A DNA stretch of 64,000 nt from Octopus vulgaris. Taxonomy: Eukaryota. The position numbers and the translations under genes were made by a program. Location: the NCBI GenBank assembly GCA_951406725.2, contig OX597821.1, positions 68,758,001-68,822,000 of the forward strand. The letters are read 5' to 3'. The notes below the pieces were generated by a model. The model saw only the letters and a program-made list of their open reading frames with translations. It had not been told where the DNA came from and searched no databases. Below are positions 43,193 through 54,191 of this stretch, piece after piece (the first letter of the stretch is position 1; the number at the start of each line of letters is the position of its first letter).

Positions 43193-43941
43193 AATGGTCT
43201 GTTGCCCATCTTCACCGCAACCACCACCAACAATAGCAACACATCAAACCAGTCGCACGCTAATCTCCGTTAATCCACCTGCCTTCTCATCCACCGTGTC
43301 TCAACATGGTTGGTAACAAGGAATATCATACTTTGTAAATCTTTGTTGAAAGATATTTAAGAGATTTTCTTTACATTCCCTTCATGCAAATATTCGTACC
43401 ATTGCAACGCCATCATCATCATCATCATCGACGACAACAACAACATACTGATAATGTCATCGTCGTTGTCGTCGTTACTATTGTCGGGGGTCAATGTTAT
43501 TGTTGTTTTTATTCATTAAGTTTAATCAGCAGTTTAATTAATTACTTACAATTAGCGATTTTAAGCATATTCTACAAATTCACCGTTTGATATAGATAAG
43601 GACCACCGAAGAAGATGTAATTTTGTGTGTGTGTGTGTGCGTGTATAAGTAGATATGCATTAGTTCTATGTTGCCGTGTGCTTCTTTTCTGTTCTGCAAG
43701 TAAGTTTATATATATATGTATATATATATATATTATTCACGTGAAACTCTGTGTAACAGGTTTTGTTGAAAATCTGCTGCTTTTAAATAAAGTATATATA
43801 TATATATATATATTAAGGTATGTAGAAAAATACAACATGGACAAGAACGTATAACTCTTAGAAGACGACACAATAAACACGGACAGGACATTCGAAACCC
43901 TCAGTCTTCAGTCAAGAACCGGATCATCGTAGTAATTTCGG

Positions 43942-43985
<44 letters not shown>

Positions 43986-44533
43986 GGAGATGTACTTGCA
44001 TAGCAGGTGATTTGATCTGAGATCGTGTGCTGAAACGAAAACAATTGCAGCGTGGAAGGTGTTTGTAAGCCATTCAAGAAACACAAAAGCCGTTCGATTC
44101 ACTTCAACATTTAAGTTTAATTTGTCATGTGTGTTGTGTTTGTCCCCCCCACCACCACCACCAACATCGCTTGACAACCGATGCTGGTGTGTTTACGTCC
44201 CCGCAACTTAGCGGTTCGGCAAAAGAATAAGTACTAGGCTTACAAAGAATAAATCCTGGGGTCGATGTGTCGACTAAAGGCGGTGCTCCAGCATGGCCAC
44301 ATTCAAATGACTGAAACAAGTAAAAGAGTATATATAATATGATATAAATAATATACATACATACATACATACATACATACGTATGTATACAGGACGTCAC
44401 CTGTAAACAACATGAAATACAAACGAGTTAAATACGAAAACAGGACAAGTAACAGAAAGAACAACCCTTCATCAGTTGTCGGCTGTCAATTCCTCATTTC
44501 GACCACTTAGTGATGATATAAACCTTCGAAGAC

Positions 44534-44577
<44 letters not shown>

Positions 44578-46503
44578 TGATGATGACAACAAAAGAATGA
44601 GACGGTTTTTCATAGCGTCTGTTGCCATTAATAGCCGACGAGAATGCATTGTAGCTCTTCGTTCCGACATTCGAAAAGTGATATAGAGAAATAGTTCTGC
44701 TTTTCGGTGGTAAATTTGCGAATAAGCCACCTTTATCATTTATAATTTTCACTTTTACCATTTTTGAAATTAGTGTGAGATTCCTACGGTAACTCTTATA
44801 AACTAACAAAGCGAGCTAACTTAACCCTATGCCGGGTAAGAACCACTGACGATCATTAATAAAAATGCGAAATCACTGGTGATGTGGCTATGCTTCGGAT
44901 GCTGTCGTGAACTTACCTCCCTTGTCAGTCTTAAGATAAGTACTTTATCGTGGTTAAGAGTTGTTTTTGCCTCTTATTTCTAGCAATGCTGGTGCTAACT
45001 AGCACTGTTAGTCACCTTAGTGACGTCTATAGTTCTGCCTTTCGGTTACACACACACATACAGAGATGTGTGTTCGTATGTATGTGTGCATGCATATATG
45101 TGTATACGTAAGCATGTATCGCTAAAAATAATGTGTGTCTTTAAAATATCTTAATTTTGTATGCATGTCTGTGTGTATTTGTTATCAGTGAAAATGATAT
45201 CGCGATAATTTTAACAATCTTACTCAATTTATGTTCCCACCCAGTTTGTTTTCAGTTTGGAATTTTCTTCCTCGTAAATTCCATTCCAAGAGCATGAAAT
45301 GAATCGTCAATCCAGTAACCGTTTCTTACTTTTATTGGAATTGCTTACATCGCTATTGCACATCTTTAGGCAATTGTTTTCTACTATAGTCTCGGGTTTA
45401 CCACATTGTGAATTGAATGTGGAAAAGGGAAACTGGCCAACAGCACATATGAGTTTTGTATCCATGTTTTGTTAATGTGTGTGACAACACTGCTGGTTAC
45501 AAAACGGTAACTTAGCTGATCCATAATATAATGATCGATGAAATAAGTAAAACAAAATTATTAATGACATAAATAGAATTATTTGATGAATACCGAAGAT
45601 TTGGTGGTACCATACGAGTTTCGTAAAACCAAAGAAGTTGCTAATTTTTTTTACAGAAGAGAATCTAAAATGTAAATCAATAAAATACAGTAAAACCACC
45701 ATAAACTAGAAACCTTTTAATAAGTATTAATCTAGCCAGAATTAGAATTATGTAATATCAATGTATGGTATACAATATGGTATAAAATAAACAACGAAAC
45801 CACCATAATCAAGAAACCAAAGGACCCTTTGACAAGTTCAATCCTATGAGAATGAAGGACAACTTAAATCAACGAGAACATAAAATATAAAGATTTATAG
45901 ACCACAGGAACATAAAACATAAACTTCCATCATCAGCTTCCAAACAGATATCATTATGGTTTCGATACGTGTAACTGTATAAATACTCTATTACACAATA
46001 ATGATCAATTTCTTGATTACAAATATTTTAAATTTTTATTTTTAGTGGTCCGCAAATTTATACTCGTGTATTTTGTGAACCATATTCTGAAAAGTGTTGC
46101 GCTTTATTGATTTAGTGACTTTGCTTTTTATCCCATGTAATCTACAAAATTAAAAGCTATTAACTTTTAATATATGTCTTTTTAAGCGAATATATGTTCA
46201 TATGCAAATATAAGAAATCACCTGTTTATTATGACAAACTAGATCGGTAAGAGATGATAGATGGAAAGAAACCTAAGCAAAATTCTTCCTTAGTATTTAG
46301 TATGTATCACATAATTGGATGGCCGTTGACTCTCCTGAATTCATTTTCCATTTCACGGGTCTTGTTATTCATCTTATAATAGTGTATATAAGCTAAGTTC
46401 TAAAGTTAGGCGGAGTGATCGCTTAAAAAAAGCGCCATGACACATACCAAACAATTTAAACTAATTTCTCTTATGTCACGCGAAATATTTCAATAGTTAT
46501 AAC

Positions 46504-46564
46504 ATTAGTGAATGTAGAATAATATTACGTATAACATACGTAATATTATTCTACATTCACTAAT
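46504..46564. repeat. Perfect 29-bp inverted repeat with 3-nt loop
   Basis: ATTAGTGAATGTAGAATAATATTACGTAT-AAC-ATACGTAATATTATTCTACATTCACTAAT. Confidence 0.97.
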
Positions 46565-49238
46565 TTCCTGATTCAGTAACAATGTCATTCTGTCTAAAAC
46601 CTACAACTACGGATATCGGCGTGACGTGAAAAAGATGAAATTCCACGAGATAGTCCTGTATCGAGAGGTTATTACATCAGGGTTTGTTTTGGTTCTTCCA
46701 CCTTCAGCGACCACCAACAGAGAAGATTGAGCAGCCAGTTCAAAAACACACGAGGTTGGCTAAATAAAGTAATAACTCCAGTAAGTTTTTTCAAGGCCAT
46801 GAAATTAGCAAAAAATTGAAAAGAACGATTCGACTTTTATCGTACACGTAAACTAAAGAGTTTAAAAAATTGTTGAAAAGGCGCCAATTTTGAAAAATAT
46901 GCTCGGAGGAAGCGGTCGCTCTCCTAGCACCCCTATTTGCTACTCCACTGCCCGCAGGATGTCCACCATACACACAATGTGCGGTTTATTAACTTTTACC
47001 GCACAACTAATTTTAACTTGCTTTCCGATTCACTGGAATATAATGACTTGATTTAAAGTTTTCATATTCAGTATTACTAACCTTTATCAGTATACTACTA
47101 ACAACGATAATTGTGTTTCTCATTCTATCGTTCTGTTTGTTGTCTTAAGTGTCAATGACAGTTTAGACTGTGGTACAAGGATAACAAGTCAGAAACTAGA
47201 AGATCAGGCATAAAGTTTTAAGTATTTGTTATCTTAAATGATTTTATAGATTGATTAAACTACGTGTCAAATTGTTGCTAACTACAGGGTCATTGTTGCA
47301 CGTCCAGGAAAAGATGCAGGCTAATTCATCTACAAACTGGTATTTCTGTACTAATCTTAATATAGATGTGGAATAATCGTTTGTTTTTGTGAGGAACGAC
47401 GATAAATATCTAATAGTTGTGTGTGTATGTTTGATTATTTGTTTTCTATATTCATATTATGTAAACAAATATATGCGTATATAAAACCCAGAGCATAAGA
47501 GAAAGGAAGGAGCGAATTAAAAAAGAGAAAGGACGACAATCATTTGAACAATTTTGAAAGAGAACTTATATTACTCAGATTCTTATGCCAAGAATGTCTT
47601 TATTCTCTCAAAGATTAGAAGTTGGATAAATAATGCTGTTGTCAGTCACAACTTTGGTATGGATGCTTCCAGAAAAAAACAAACAAAACAAAGATGTTCG
47701 ATGATAGTGATTCATCAACATCGCGCGCGCGTGCGTGTGTGCTTTTGCGCTCACATATGTGTGTAAGTGTGTAACGACATAACTGGGAGGCGACGTCGAA
47801 TGTAACAAAATAACGATGAACTTTGAATGATGACGCATCGGAGAAATGAATGGATGAAGAACAATATTAATTATAAAGATGACCATTTATTTAGTAGGTT
47901 ATATACATACATATATGTGTACAACGAAAAATACGAAGTACGACTACATGGAATACGAATTGTTTTTTCGAGCAACGAAAGACACAAATAGAAAACAAGA
48001 CAAACAACATAAAGAAAGACCTTTCATCAGTTGTTGGCCGTTTTTCTACTCTCGTATTTCGAACATTTAACACCAAGATACGCTTTCGATAAAACAGTTG
48101 CTCCCGCAAAACAAATTAAATAAAATTTGGGATTTTGCGGAGGGTCAAAATTGGTAACACAAACAGGAAGGGCTGCTAAGCCTAAACGAGGTTGTGGTGG
48201 CGAACGCGTAAATCAAGCTTGGACAGGAGACAGACAAGAAGACATCTTCCTTGTTCCAGCTACAACGTAGAGAAAGAAAGAAACACAAGTTAGGAGAAGA
48301 AAGAAAGATGGTCACGTGGGAGCCGCGTGAGCAAGGGAGGGAGAGAGTGTGACAGAGTAATAGAATAGAGTAGTGGGAGATGAGGAGGTAAAAGAATAAG
48401 ACAGCAAAAAAGTAAGAAGATAGTATAGAGTGCGCATCAGAATTATGAAGATAAAACTTACTTGGAAGAGGATGCGTGGCGTTCAATAATATAACAATAT
48501 AAATAATACACACACACACATATATATATAGTCGTCATGATAGATCGAAAATGATATATGTGCGTGTGTGTGTGTGTGTGTGTGTGTAACAGTTGGTATT
48601 CGTTGCAGTCGAGGATCACCAATCATAACGGTTAAACAATAAGATGGAACGTCGGAGTCATCACCAATTGTAACGGTTGTTGTTGTTAAGGTGTTGGTAG
48701 CCAGTATGCAAGATGGAAGAAGAAAAGTGATCGAAGTTGTAAAGAGATACTTATTTACCGTTACTTTGTATATATCCAAAACCACAATGGGTTGGTATGT
48801 ATAATTAGTAAATGGAAAAGCATGCGAGGTAAAAAGAGTTAATTTCGGTTGGTACATGTGTACACGTTCTCATAGTAGTATATATAGGGAGATATGGTAA
48901 TGTTGCAGAGAAAAGAAAGTGTGTTAGTGAAAGTGAGAGAGTTGAGGGAAGTTGCATCACATAGTTGCTGATTGTAACTTTTTTTTCCCCCTCTGGCCGT
49001 TTGGTCTCTAGTGGCTGCCTGCTTGTGACCATGACTCTAGTTGTCTGAAAACATTTCCTTATTCAAATTCCATTCTGTTCTATTGAATGTTAACGTTCAA
49101 GCTGTGTAAATGCTCTCATCCTGGATCGGAATAAATCCCTCTTGTACATGAAGTCTTCTCAAATCTAACACGAGTTGTTGTTCCTCACTTGATTGATTCT
49201 AATAGCAATCAAAGGATGACCGAACATTATATTAAATT

Positions 49239-49541
49239 GTTGTTTGTTCCTTCTCAAGCCACACCTGGCTCATAGGGCCGGTTTCCCGGTTTCCTTGGCG
49301 TATAGGTTCCCCACCTGGACGGGACGCCGGCTTATCGCAGGTGAACTGCAAGATGCAGGAAGAAAGAGTGAGAGAAAGTTGTGGCAAAAGAGTCAGTAGA
49401 AGTTCGCCATTATATTCTGCAGGAGCCTCGTGGAGCTTAGGTTTTCGCTCATAAACACGCACATCGCCCAGTCAGAGATTCGAACCCGCGATCCCTCGAC
49501 CGCAAGTCCACTGCTCTAACCACTAGGCCATATGCCTCCAC
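49239..49541 (-). mobile_element. Intact tRNA-derived SINE with 12-bp TSD
   Basis: A-box TGGCCTAGTGG, B-box GGTTCGAATC, (AAC)n-like tail; TSD TTATATTAAATT at 49227-49238 and 49542-49553. Confidence 0.88.
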
Positions 49542-49639
49542 TTATATTAAATTAGTTGACTAAAAACCCGCTAAAACATTTTCCTGTCACCCCATCAATT
49601 TTGCCAACCACCATCATATTTTGTTGTTGTTGTTTTTCT

Positions 49640-50205
49640 TTCTTTCTTTCTGCTATTGGCACAAGGTTTGAAAATTTTGGGAGAGGGACTAGTCTATTAC
49701 ATCGACTTCAGTGCATCGAAAGGCAAAGTCGACCCCGTGCTAATGATTCTGTCGGCTCTCCACTTTTTTACTCTTTAATATTAAGATAACGCCAGGCAAG
49801 CAAGCTGGCAGAAACGTTAGCACGCCAGGTGAAATGCGTAGCCGTATTTCGTCTGCCGTTTCGTTCTTAGTCCAAATTCCGCCGAGGTCGACTTTACCTT
49901 TCATCCTTTCTGGGTCGATAAATTGAGAACCAGTTGCGCACTGGAGTCGATGTAATCGACTTAAATCTGTTTGTTTGTCCCCTCTGTGTTTAGCCCCTTG
50001 TGGGTAGTAAAGAAATAGGTATTTCGTCTGCCGCAACGTTCTGAGTTCAAATTCCGCCGAGGTCGACTTTTCCTTTCATCCTTTCGGGGTCGATAAATTG
50101 AGTACCAGTTGCACACTGGGGTTGATATAATCGACTTGATCTGTTTGTCTGTCCTTGATTATCCTCTCTGTGTTTAGCCCCTTGTGGGTAGTAAAGAAAT
50201 AGGTA
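49640..50205. mobile_element. Meta-domain SINE cluster: one minus fragment and a plus-strand tandem dimer
   Basis: AAATTCCGCCGAGGTCGACTTT...CCTTGTGGGTAGTAAAGAAATAGG occurs twice within 49793-50205. Confidence 0.8.
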
Positions 50206-50208
50206 TTA

Positions 50209-50402
50209 CAGTTCTATATTTAAGAGATGAGGAATTATGTACATTATTTACATTTGACGAATATTTGTCCTCGTCTTGTTTGTTGTTAGCACAACGTTTC
50301 GGCTGATATACCCTCCAGCCTTCATCAGGTGTCTTGGGGAAATTTCGAACCTGGATTCTCATTCCTAAGGTATTTTTCGATGTTGTTGTTATTATTATCA
50401 TC

Positions 50403-50434
<32 letters not shown>

Positions 50435-50725
50435 CATCATCATTATTATTATTATTATTATCATTATTCAGGTCACTGCCTGGAATCGAACTGGGAATCT
50501 TGGAGTTAAGAGCGCGGACAACTAACCTCAAGATTCCGAGTTCGATTCCATGCAGTGACCTGAATAATAATAATAACTACAACATTGAAAAATGCCTTAG
50601 GAATGAAAACCCAAGTTCGAAATTTCCCCCAAGACATCTGATGAAGGCTGAATGGTATATCATCCCGAACACTGTACTAACAACAAACAAAATGAGGACA
50701 AATATCCGTCAAATGTAAATAATGT
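50209..50725. mobile_element. Head-to-head inverted pair of a tRNA-headed element with a hammerhead-type tail
   Basis: Arms 50209-50508 (-) and 50505-50725 (+) share AAGATTCC(C/G)AGTTCGATTCC, a trinucleotide tract, and CCCCAAGACA(C/T)CTGATGAAGGCTG. Confidence 0.75.
50290..50331 (-). ncRNA. Minimal type I hammerhead motif (Penelope-type)
   Basis: CAC-CUGAUGA-A-GGCUG(10 nt)CAGCC-GAAA-CG-UU-GUG, with palindromic AACGUU in place of stem III. Confidence 0.65.
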
Positions 50726-51542
50726 GCTTAGCGGTATCTCTGAAAGCTACAAGGGAACAAAATCGGTGGGGCACACATGACTAGGTATGCCTGTTTTGTT
50801 TATTTCCTTTGAGGCGAGAATCGATAAAGTAAATACCAGAAATATTCCAAGAGTTGTATCTGTAGGTTGTACCTATTCCTTCTCTAAAATGTGTGGCTTT
50901 TGCAAATTGAAAACTCGATCGATATTTAAGGAAACACTCAGGAACTTTTGTGAAGAAAAATAAACAATGGTTACCAAGACAAGTCGAGACATGTTTCCGA
51001 CTTCCATATTACAGTTCTAATCCTCTTAAATTAGTGACTAGATAAGACTAGTGTGACCAAACGATTTAACAGCATTAGGAACATAGACATTGAGATGACT
51101 TTATGATGGCAATTCATGATAAGCAATTGAAAACTTTGAATTTTCATTTTATTTGACAATGCAGTAGCTTGCTAATCTTTTTTACTCAAATAACAAGGAA
51201 TCGTAAGATTTATGCTTGGCTTGTATTTTCCAGATGACCGGTGCATTTCCTTATGTATGACACGCTGTTCTAGTGTATCTGGCTTTTCTCACGAAAGGGT
51301 ATTTTTAAGCAGCGTTGCAATCTATTTAGAGTTAGACTGACACAGTTGTTAGAAGTTGAGCATCTCAGCTATGGACATTATAGTGCTGATGACAGGATCG
51401 AACAGTCGGTCTCTCGGCTGGTTCTCCGATATTCTATCAGCCTCCAACTTCTGTGAATACAATCCCAAAAGATTATTAGTATTAGTAAGAAAGATATCGA
51501 GTCAAGAAAATTAAGTTATTTTCTGCTAAGCTAGTAAGCACT

Positions 51543-51561
51543 TGTAGCAGACCCTTAGTGA

Positions 51562-51629
<68 letters not shown>

Positions 51630-52575
51630 GTTATATATAACATAAATACAAACGTAGCAGATAACAGCTAACATTCGGCCGCTTGGACCCTGTTGTGTCC
51701 ACTACTTTGATTGCTTGGTATTGGCGCAATTTGTCTCTTGCTCTATTACGCGCCAATGTGCAACCCAACCAATCGCAGCCTTCTAATAAGATCCCGTGAC
51801 ACAGTTTTTCTAAAGCTCTGTTTGAGCCTATAATTTGCTATAAAACTTCAGCGATTCACTGTATTTCGTCTTTGGTTCTAGACCTTCTAAAGTCTAACCA
51901 CTGACCACAGAGCACTCAACCAGTTCCAACGACTACACCAGTAACATCAGCACTTCGTCTAGCAGGATTCGGGCCCTCCATCAACGTCGCCATCATCTTA
52001 TCGACGCCAACATCTCTACATACACAGCATCATTCGCTCAAGTTTAACTCCTCACTGTTTGTGAATTATTTCACTATGGTTAACAGTAAGCTCAACCTGC
52101 GAGAACCTTCAGTACCAAGTAACCCAGCAGCAGCATGGTAGCCACCACTTCTTCGTGCAACACGTACTGCACAGGCTCTGCTATTTCGCCTCAACTTCTT
52201 GTTATAGCACTTCAACTATTGTGTACCTTACTACAAACTGGTATTTATCTTCATTGTGTCTGAACTTCTTCTAGCGTTCTGTTATAGACTCTTTATTTTA
52301 TCTCACACATATACACACTTGTTTGTACACTCATACACATTATGTATGCATGACGGCCTGTCTATTGTTATTATTATATATGTACTTATGTCGTACACAC
52401 AGACACACACTGCTAACACAAATAAAACCTTTCTCTTAACATTCTATGGTTGTGTTGTCTTTCTTTTCCTTCTGGCACTCATACTCCTCCATTTTTGCTT
52501 TTATTGTAAGCGACCATGCAGTGTATTAAAGGAGTCATTCATTCGTCACCTCTCCTTTCACACGGTTGTTCTACA
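51543..52575 (+). mobile_element. Solo LTR (Gypsy-like)
   Basis: TGTAG...CTACA termini with 4-bp TSD CACT on both sides; internal CCAAT, TATAAAA near 51839, AATAAA at 52421; contains a (CT)n tract. Confidence 0.85.
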
Positions 52576-52898
52576 CACTCTTTTTGTATGAATGAGTTAG
52601 GTCATGTGTCATTCGTCGATTTTAGTTCGGCGTGTTCACCAAATGGTGGATGGGTGTTATGTTATTATGTTGAGTCTTGAGCAAATAAGAAATTATCTTC
52701 AGTCATGTTTTATTGATAACACTAAACATAATACTTTGCAATATTTTCACTTGTCGAGGATGTATATATATTATTTATAAATCACTTAAAAGTTCTCAGA
52801 AAAATTGTTAGTGGTAACAGGAATAATTTTTCAGTGGAGATTTTGAGAGATGAAAATTATCTTGTCAAACGCAAAACGGGAAATCCACTTAGCTTGCA

Positions 52899-53280
52899 TC
52901 TCTCTCTGTATAAACGGCAGTTTGTCTGTGCGTGTTTCTGTGTGTCTGTTTGCTTGTACCCTCACCCTGACCACGGCTTTCAACCGATTCTGATGAAACT
53001 TGACACACACATAGCCCAATGTCATAATACAAAACTAACGCAGCGAAAATTTTGAAAAGTTCCCCCAGTTCTGAAAAAAATCGATAAATTCGACATGGGG
53101 TCGAGAATCAGAAACACAAACCGCAAACTGTCTAGGGGACGCAACTCCACCTTTTTTAACTAAAAAAAAATTTACCATCATTTTTTTCCATTTTTTTGTT
53201 ATTTTTTGGCTATAACTCTCTGAAAATGCTTTATAGTTATTTCCCTTACAAACCTGAGCAACGCCGGGCGATACGGCTAG
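52899..53280 (+). mobile_element. Non-autonomous Helitron
   Basis: A|TC start, 3' hairpin, CTAG|T end; near-identical to 14654-15031. Confidence 0.88.
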
Positions 53281-53628
53281 TTTATATATAAAAGTGAAGT
53301 TGTGTGTCTGTCTCCTACGATTTAGATTCCTAACTACTCCCACATTTTGCGGTGCAGTGTAACCAAAAGCGGGTATCTTATAGTCGTGATTCATATCGAG
53401 CCCTTCCGGGTATTAGCGCGCGTCTACGATGAGTCTACGATTTAAAAAAAAATTACCATCATGTTTTTCCATTTTAATGCATTTTTTTCGCTATTATATA
53501 AGGGAAGTAACTCTCTAAAAATGTCTACGATGAGTCAACGATTTAAAAAAAATTTACGATAATTTTTTTTCCAATTTTAATGCATTTTTTTGCTATTTTT
53601 TGGCTATAATTCTCTGAAAATGCTTACA

Positions 53629-54030
53629 TTCTTCTTCTTCTTGTTTCAGTCATTTGACTGCGGCCATGCTGGAGCACCGCCTTTAGTCGAGCAAATCGAC
53701 CCCAGGACTTATTTTTTGTAAGCCCAGTACTTATTCTATCGGTCTCTTTTGCCGAACCGCTAAGTAACGGGGACGTAACCACACCAGCATCGGTTGTCAA
53801 GCAATGCTAGGGGAACAAACACAGACACACAAACACACACATATACATAAATACACATACATATATACGACAGGCTTCTTTCAATTTCCGTCTACCAAAT
53901 CCACTCACAAGTCATTGGTCGGCCCGGGGCTATAGTAGAAGACACTTGCCCAAGATGTCACGCAGTGGGACTGAACCCGGAACCATGTGGTTGGTTAGCA
54001 AGCTACTTACCACACAGCCACTCCTGCGCC
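53629..54030 (-). mobile_element. Full-length, young family A SINE
   Basis: Reverse complement of 37561-37975 with CpGs retained. Confidence 0.88.
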
Positions 54031-54191
54031 ATTATATATATATATTCTCTCCCAATTTCGCAGTGTGTGTATGTGCATAAATAAATGTATTTACGGTAAT
54101 GTATCCCATTGCTTAGGTTATAATATTTCATTAATATGTTTTGATGAACGTCAGATCTGATAACAAGATTGCTTTACACCATTCAAGGCCT

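Noticed and set aside
39953-43316. Poly-Y/T/N/L and HT/CV-rich ORFs
   Set aside because: Translations of microsatellites.
44465-44505. CTGATGA with nearby GAAA on the minus strand (also ~48020, ~43905 and ~29813 on plus)
   Set aside because: GAAA precedes the core or the stems cannot be paired; possibly retroelement tails, but no supportable hammerhead.
49470-49541. tRNA gene
   Set aside because: It has A and B boxes but no acceptor stem, and continues into a SINE body bounded by a TSD.
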